Source of the DNA: Amoebidium appalachense
Taxonomy: Eukaryota; Protista; Ichthyosporea
Direction: 5' to 3'
Length of the DNA stretch: 64,000 bases
NCBI GenBank assembly: GCA_963693365.1
Contig: CAVNZM010000001.1
Span: 1,371,327 to 1,435,326, forward strand
In this document: positions 56,701-64,000 of the stretch, in pieces
Numbering within the stretch: position 1 is the first letter of the stretch
Layout: the number at the start of each line of letters is the position of its first letter
Translations under genes and position numbers: made by a program
The notes under the pieces: generated by a model
What the model was told of the DNA's origin: nothing
Database searches by the model: none
The model's input: the letters and a program-made list of their open reading frames with translations, nothing else

Positions 56701-59700
56701 CGGGGCCCTGTGCAGGGGAAGCCCGAGCACGCCCGGGTGTGGGCGGACACAGAGTTAGAAGAAGGGGGGGGGGGGAGGGAGTGCTAGGTGAGTGTAAGGG
56801 GGGGAGGCTCGTGGGATGGGGGGGAAGTAACATTATGCGCAGTGGCCAGAATAACGTCTTTGTGTAGGGACATTTATTCTTGGCGCGCGCGGGCGCCGTA
56901 GTTGGCCTGCGAAAATTTTTACTCAGCCCTAGTGGCCCGATTTTTCCGAGCTCCGTGTCCTTGTACCCGTGTATCCTAGCTCCTAGCCCATATGTTCTAT
57001 CTGTGGGTGACTGTGGGTGTGCGTGTAGACTAGGCATTGTGCTTGCAGTCTTTGCCGGGGTGTGTGCCAGAGCAGAGCGGGCACACGTGGGAGAAGGGGC
57101 AGGGCTGCTTAGCGCAGGACCGACCGTTGATGTGGAAATTCCTGCAGTGTGTCGCGGGTAGATCCACGCGTCGGGCCGGTGGTGCCGGGCCGGGTTGCGG
57201 GCCAGGTTGGTTGGGGGTTTGTCCCCCGCCGGGCTTGTGGGGCGGCTCGAAGCCATCAAGACCACAGCCGGGCTTGGGGTACATGGGGCAGGCCGCGCTG
57301 GGGTGGTCGGGGAAGCCGCAGCGCTGATATGCGTCCGGGATGAGCAGAGTGGGTGGCAGGAGGAGTGGAGTTGGGCGAGCAGGTTGGGACACTCGATCGG
57401 GGCCCGACCCTGCTGGTGGGCAACTGTACGGGCGTACACGTCGTAGTTGTGGATCTGGGCCCACGGGTATCGGGTGCTGAGGCGAGTGATGTGCTGAGTC
57501 CAAAGTACGTCCTTGTCCGTGGGGAGGTCGAGGTGATGCTTGGCGGCCATGTAATGCGTCCAAGCTTGGATTCAAATGACGAGGGAACGCAGGGGAACGG
57601 GTTTGTCATTGTGAAAAGTCTCGATGCTGCCGTCGTTGGTCATGCGCAGCTGCTGACCTTTCTTGGATGGGGCCAGGAGGGCTGCGGGGGGTGAACTTAT
57701 ACAGGTCGACGAAGCGATTGGCGCGCAAATCTGCCAGTACATCCGCGGGGTGAAGCGGCAGTGTGCCTGGCTGAATGTCGCCAGTGTTCTCACCTGTAAT
57801 GGGGGGCGCGGGCAGGGCACGTAGGTCCAGGTCAGGGCCGAGATGCAGCCCCGGGGGAAACCTCCCCGGGGGCGGGGGGGGCGGCTGGGGGTGCGGGAGG
57901 GTCGCGGTTGGTGAGAGTGGCCAGGACGCCGGCCATCTGGGTGCTGAGGGCGGTGAGGGCGGCAAGGACGGCGTCCTGAGAAGTCATTGGCGGGGATGGC
58001 GGGGCCTGAGGAGGGACTTCAGGAGTAGAGGGGAGAGTAGCCGGAGGGTCCGTAGCGGTTAGGGCCTCCGGAGGCGCGTCAGTGCCCGCTGGAGCGTTGG
58101 TCAGCCTGTGGCGGAGGTCGCAGCGGGTCAGGCGCTTAGGTGCCGCGGCAGGGGCGGTGGCTGAGGCCTGGCGCTTTTTCGGCGGCATGCTGAAAATATA
58201 GCTGTAAAGCTGTAGGTGCTAAACACAGAAGATGTGTCTGTTGCTAAAAACTGTCGTGCTTATATAACTAAGGCTACCGATCTGAGCCAATCAAAATCGA
58301 TCTAGTGTTATGTGAAATCTGATCCTGAGCCAATCAAACTCGGTCTAGTGATCTGTGGAATCTGATGTTTTAATCGGCTAATAGGTGCCCGTATGCGGGC
58401 AGCCGAACGCGAGCTGCTAAAACACGAAACGAAGCCTACATGGTTATGTTGATATCGGACACCCATCCTACGTGTTTACCCAGAAAAATATTTATGTCAA
58501 TAAAACTCCACAAATAAAACCTTAACGGCAAGACTTAGAAGTTGAGTTTTACACATGTTTATTAGTTTGTTGTTGTTCGTTTCCTTTTCCGTTTTCCTTT
58601 CTTTCTTTCCTTTCTGTTCCTGTGTGCACAGATATCTTAGATCTGTTGTACACATCGAGCTATTAAGCCCGCGCACACGTATTGTTGTTTGCGTCAATGT
58701 TTAAATATGTTGTCCAATCAGATCTCGTTATATTTCCCAAATATAGTAACCTACATTCCTCATTAATTCTACTCGATTCCTTTCCCATTCCATTCCTTTC
58801 TATCCTCATTCCTTTTCCTTCTTTTCCCACGACGTAGAATTGCTCTATGTCGTATCTACACACAGAGTGTATACAAACTACTCTAACTATCTGCACGCTT
58901 AAAGGGGCTTGAAACCGTGTATACGTATAAACGTTTCTTTGAGTTGGGTGGGAAGCGAGTTTTTTGTGTTCTTAGAAGAACTTCGAAAAGCCCGCGACCC
59001 CGCGAGACACTTCACAGACACGCAGCCCACTGGCCAGACAAATACCACAGTGACATTCAGCCAATCACAACACTCCCTCCCCCACAGACTACACGCACTC
59101 CACACCATTGGCTACCGGCACCTCAGACACCCCTACAGCACTACAAGACGTACACAAGTTTACTCACAATACATATAAGCATACACACACGCGAGCAGGC
59201 AACATGGGTCTCGCCAAGCACACAGCAAGAAGCAATACAACATTTAACATGGAGAGTACGCAGAGGCGTGGAGCATGCACGCGCGCAGCTTTAACAATCA
59301 GCCGCCGCCGCATCAGGTTCTCCCCATACCACTGATTAATCTCCTCATACCCCACTTAGACCCCGGCATCACTATGCAAGAAAACCCCCGAAATTCACTC
59401 ACCAAAACACAAAATATAGAAGCAAACTAATACGAATCAGCTCAGCACATGACAACTCCCCCCTCGCACAGAAAATAACTGAGTTCCACCTCAGTAAAAA
59501 CTACCTAAAAACAAAATAAAGTTATGTGCTGAGCGACTACTCAACTACCGCTAACCATGCAGGAAGCAACACATAACATATAACATAAAACATATACATG
59601 CATCCACGCACCACTTTTGGATTTTGTCCTGGTGCAGAGACTAGCGATCTTGCTAGCCTTGAGATCACAACCTAACCACTGCCGATGGTTGTGATGACGC

Positions 59701-59751
59701 CAGTAAAGGCGTGCTGGCTTTTACCCCAGCGAGAAGAGGATGAGAAAAAGA

Positions 59752-59824
59752 TGATCCCGACGGGATTTGAACCCGCGACCCCTCTATCTCCGGTCGAGTG
59801 CTCTACCAACTGAGCTACGAGATC
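59752..59824 (-). tRNA. tRNA-like cloverleaf (anticodon position GGA) in TRIM 3' LTR
   Basis: GATCTCG/CGGGATC acceptor; GCTC/GAGC D-stem; CTCGA-CCGGAGA-TAGAG anticodon arm; GCGGG-TTCAAAT-CCCGT T-arm; downstream TTTTT. Confidence 0.8.
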
Positions 59825-60121
59825 GGTTAAGATCTCGCAGGCCACCAGCCAATCATGATCTGATTCATGCGATCAGACTGGATAACGATACCATCTTCCA
59901 ACATCCCCACTCAGGACGAATCGCAGAATCAGGTTAGGGTGGACTGCCCCCTTAGTCCCCACTGAACCTCTGTTCATGCTACCATTTTGGATTTTGTCCT
60001 GGTGCAGAGACTAGCGATCTTGCTAGCCTTGAGATCACAACCTAACCACTGCCGATGGTTGTGATGACGCCAGTAAAGGCGTGCTGGCTTTTACCCCAGC
60101 GAGAAGAGGATGAGAAAAAGA

Positions 60122-60194
60122 TGATCCCGACGGGATTTGAACCCGCGACCCCTCTATCTCCGGTCGAGTGCTCTACCAACTGAGCTACGAGATC
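60122..60194 (-). tRNA. tRNA-like cloverleaf in TRIM 5' LTR
   Basis: Identical to 59752-59824. Confidence 0.8.
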
Positions 60195-61066
60195 GGTTAA
60201 GATCTCGCAGGCCACCAGCCAATCATGATCTGATTCATGCGATCGGACTGGATAACGATACCATCTTCCAACAACCACCCCACCATGGTTAGTACCCAAC
60301 CCAACCCCGAAACAAGGATAATATGAACCGCCACTGACGTTGCCCTGTAGATGCACCTCTGCCCCCGTCCACAACCTGCACCCAAAACCCCATGCCCCTG
60401 GCACAATGTTATATCGAGTGGAACATAGCAACAGACATGATAACAGACACCATCCATACATCCACACTCAGCATGCCCCATCCACAGAGAATTCCTAGCA
60501 AAACCTAACATGCTGTGACGAACACCTCCAGACTCATGTGACGTACACCTCCAGACTCTCCTGCTGGCCATTCCTCTACCCGACAAAGACTCCTACTACG
60601 TAGGTCCCGGTGGTTTGGGAATGCCTCCGCCCCAACCGTGCCCTACCCAGCGGTGTGTCTAAGGCCTACTGCTGCACTGGGCACCACAACACTACTCAAC
60701 AACACTACGGGCAGCCACTCCAAAGGGCCTCAACACCAGGCCCAGGGCAGCCACTCCAAGGGGCCTCAGCACCAGGCCCTTTGACGACGGGGGTTCACAA
60801 CAGTGGTGGCCTGCCACTGCCATGACTACACTTCGACCCCCCCCCAGCCCCCTCGTCAGAGGGCCGAGCTCCCAGACAGCAGCAGGACTTTCTATTCCAC
60901 TGACCCTAACCACACACGTCGCCAACACAGGACTCATACACACGTCGAAAACGCCAGGCACCAGTAGAAAATATGCCGAAAAATAACACAACTCCCATAC
61001 AACAACAACAACCCAAGAGACGGCCTACCCTATAATAAAACCTTGAAGTTCATACCTGCAACACGG

Positions 61067-62216
61067 TCACCGACGTCCCCCACGACGGGGCTGTTTACAC
61101 CACGCGTATGTGTGCCCCCGCTCCTTGCAGTTGTCGCAGGTGCCTGGGAAAGAGTCCGGCGCCGGCTCTTGCTGTCCCGCCCGACGACGCCAGCCTGGCC
61201 CATCATCCCGTTGTGGCCGTGGCTGGTAGGGCTGGTAGCGCCGTGGGGAGGGTGACCGCCGCCGGTCCCCTCTGAGGCCTCTGCCCTCCTCCCTCTCACG
61301 GTCCCGGTACCTGTCTCCTCTGTACCGGTCCCCCTCCTGGTCCTTCTCCTCCAGACGCTTGGTGAGCACAGCCACCTGCTTCAAGAGAGCAGTGAGTGTA
61401 GGCGTGTCCTGCCCAGCCCCATGCTTTACCTCCATGACCTCAGCAGCATGCTTATCCCTCATAGCCAGCTTACTCTCAAACTGCGCTAAAAACCGCCTCT
61501 TCACCGCCCTCCACGCCAAGTCTACCTCATGCTGCTCTTCATGCTGAGCAAACAGCTCACCAAACTGACTGCTATCTACAAACAGAGAGCGAGCGGCATG
61601 AAACTTTCCACGAGCATCATTCTCCAACCCAGCAAGAAACACAAGAGCACGAAAATTTTCTTCGAACAGCTCAAAGTGGGTTCTAGCTTCGGTCACAGAC
61701 ATGGTGAGGGGGGGGTAAGTAAACTTAGCTTGTCTGAGATCAGCGTCAAACTCCCGTCGTCGTCCGTCGTCCAGGTACTTGGCCACCGCCCTGTGCGTTG
61801 GCCGCTTCGTAGCGGGCGGCCAGCTGGAGTGCGGCCGGGTTGCGGGCTCCACCCGCCACTGTGCGGGCGTACGCAACCGTGCGCACAGAGTCTGACGGCT
61901 CGTCGGTAGGCAGTTGTGTGCTTTCAAGCACTTTCTGGAACTCCAGCATTGAGGAGCCCACCGTGTTCATGATGAGTGTGGCCATCCTTCGAGGGGTTTG
62001 GACGTCCTTCCCCTCAGTGGCTTCTGCTGGGCAAACGGCCCTGAGCTTGCTAAGCCACCTAGGGAGGGCAAGGTCCTTAGCGAGGACTAAGTCCCCTGTG
62101 ATACTAGTCCTACTGCTCATGTTGCCTATGCCAACTGTTGCTAACTGTAGGTCTGTGTGTGCGTATGTTTCTTCTACCTCTAACCGTCGAAAAAGTCCTA
62201 AGTCAAAGCCACTCAT
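61067..62216 (-). pseudogene. gag-like protein split over two overlapping frames
   Basis: C-terminal CDNCKERGHTYAWC (CCHC) knuckle after an RS/RD-rich segment. Confidence 0.72.
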
Positions 62217-63387
62217 AACCGTAGTAGTCCTGAAAAAAAAAACTAGGGGTGAAAGCAACAGCCCAGAAGGACTAACCGTGCGTGTGCCCCCTCCCTGCAA
62301 AAAACTGCAGAGAAAGGGGGTGTAGCTTGTCGTATCTACACACAGAGTGTATACAAACTACTCTAACTATCTGCACGCTTAAAGGGGCTTGAAACCGTGT
62401 ATACGTATAAACGTTTCTTTGAGTTGGGTGGGAAGCGAGTTTTTTGTGTTCTTAGAAAACCTTCGAAAAGCCCGCGACCCCGCGAGACACTTCACAGACA
62501 CGCGGCCCACTGGCCAGACAAATACCACAGTGACATTCAGCCAATCACAACACTCCCTCCCCCACAGACTACACGCACTCCACACCATTGGCTACCGGCA
62601 CCTCAGACACCCCTACAGCACTACAAGACGTACACACGTTTACTCACAATACATATAAGCATACACACACGCGAGCAGGCAACATGGGTCTCGCCAAGCA
62701 CACAGCAAGAAGCAATACAACATTTAACATGGAGAGTACGCAGAGGCGTGGAGCATGCACGCGCGCAGCTTTAACAATCAGCCGCCGCCGCATCAGGTTC
62801 TCCCCATACCACTGATTAATCTCCTCATACCCCACTTAGACCCCGGCATCACTATGCAAGAAAACCCCCGAACTTCACTCACCAAAACACAAAATATAGA
62901 AGCAAACTAATACGAATCAGCTCAGCACACGACACTCTATGTTCACCAACTATTAGGAATACTTATATTTAGACGTGTTATGTTAAGAACATGTATAAAT
63001 ATATGATGTGAACTAATACCTACATATGTGGTTTCATTTTGTTAAATGTTTCCGTACTTTCATTAGAAGATTACTTTCATTAGGAGATTGCGTTTTATCC
63101 TCTATGTGTCGACAGGCATTTCGATCGATGTATTTTACCCTCATAGTTTTCGTCTTTCTGATTGGATAAAAGAGTTTTCGTTCTTTTGATTGGCTTATCG
63201 ATTTCACATTCCTGAGTATAAAAGGAACTTCATTTTGAAATAAATGTCAAGCAGTTGAATTCATTTCCTATGGTCCCAGAAATCGTTCCACGTCTCCGGT
63301 TGTGTTTCTCCCGTGTGTCTCTGTGTTATGTATATCATAACACCCATCTGTGCTCTCTGCTTCTCCGTTTACCCACACAAAACAACA

Positions 63388-63664
63388 CCGATCCCCGACA
63401 CCACTGCCACCTCGACTACCCCACCCCCCACCGTTGACACTGAAGATGACGTTTGCCTGGTGGTACTCTGGCCCCCCTCCTGCTGTTGTCGTTCCACCGA
63501 CACCCCCCCCCCACCGGCCCCCCTGCTCCCGTGCCCGTCCAGCCTGCCGACATCCATCCAGCCCCTGGCAACGTCACTCCCATCCGGCCCGGCTCCCCCG
63601 ACATCTTCCACTCGGCCCCGTCAAGCCCGGAGGTTGCTCCCCCTGCAATACCGAACTTCCAAGT

Positions 63665-63701
<37 letters not shown>

Positions 63702-63775
63702 TCTCCACCCCCCCTGGTTCCTGCACCCCGTCGTTCTGCCAGTCTGCAGGGCAAGGTTGGCCTTCAAGTCACCAC
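63388..63775 (+). pseudogene. copia IN-RT linker fragment
   Basis: Similar to 37340-37700 (PGNVTPIRPGSPD..RRSA.LQ). Confidence 0.75.
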
Positions 63776-64000
63776 TGACATATACTAATCCGTCTCAGCA
63801 GATCAGCCTAAGTCTACGATCGAGATCGGGGGGGGGGGGGGGGGGGGGGGGGTGGCCCGGGTCCACAGATCATCAAGATCAAGTCCGGGGCCTCAAGATA
63901 GCTGTACAGCTGCGTGCATCTTGCCTCTGCCGGAGCAGGGCAGGACCACGTCAGCCGGGGCAGCCGACCAATAGAATTCTAATTAGTGTGTAGGATAGAT
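63776..64000 (+). mobile_element. Start of an LTR of the TGACATATAC family, runs off the window
   Basis: Near-identical to 50155-50375. Confidence 0.88.

Larger units (their letters stand above)
55079..58521 (-). mobile_element. YR retrotransposon copy 5: RT deleted in frame (junction ~56063), YR truncated, TRIM solo LTR inserted
   Basis: A1, gag and partial YR collinear with other copies. Confidence 0.92.
59615..60273 (-). mobile_element. TRIM with tRNA-like sequence in each LTR (LTRs 59615-59903 and 59985-60273, 81-bp internal region), TSD ACCAC
   Basis: 289-bp LTRs with 1 mismatch; PBS TGGTAGCA; PPT GAGTGGGGA; 5-bp TSD. Confidence 0.95.
58848..62934 (-). mobile_element. Non-autonomous gag-only LTR retrotransposon, 607-bp LTRs (58848-59454, 62328-62934), TSD CTCTA
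   Basis: LTRs differ at about 6 sites; TG...CA ends; PPT GAGGGGGGAGT at 59455-59465; no pol motifs seen. Confidence 0.92.
58522..63387 (+). mobile_element. LTR of the TGTCATC family, 5' end cut by YR copy 5 and split by the element at 58848
   Basis: 58522-58847 plus 62940-63387 are collinear with 42046-43387. Confidence 0.88.

Noticed and set aside
59752-59824. Functional host tRNA-Ser(GGA) gene
   Set aside because: Lacks U33 and the long variable arm, has an anticodon-stem mismatch, and occurs only inside TRIM LTRs.

Overview
Eukaryotic genomic DNA (spliceosomal introns with CTAAC/CTGAC branch points; taxon not determinable). It holds a small island of two divergently transcribed glycosyltransferase genes (GT31-like, 12.2-15.3 kb; GT64/exostosin-like, 16.2-21.8 kb) inside a densely nested retrotransposon graveyard. 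There are six copies or fragments of a tyrosine-recombinase (DIRS order, Ngaro/PAT-type split-direct-repeat) retrotransposon, several decayed Ty1/copia elements primed by half-tRNA-iMet, many solo or partial LTRs with 5-bp TSDs, a gag-only LTR element, and a 6.5-kb AT/TpA-rich decayed tract. Three observations stand out. (1) A 659-bp TRIM whose LTRs each carry a complete tRNA-like Pol III gene and end in TG...AA, with two independent insertions verified by TSDs. (2) Conserved, phase-matched splice signals suggesting the YR retrotransposon expresses its recombinase (and possibly RT) by splicing from a donor in gag. (3) A non-canonical primer-binding site (AGCTACACCC) shared by two LTR families. 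All coordinates and counts were read by eye and should be checked by alignment.
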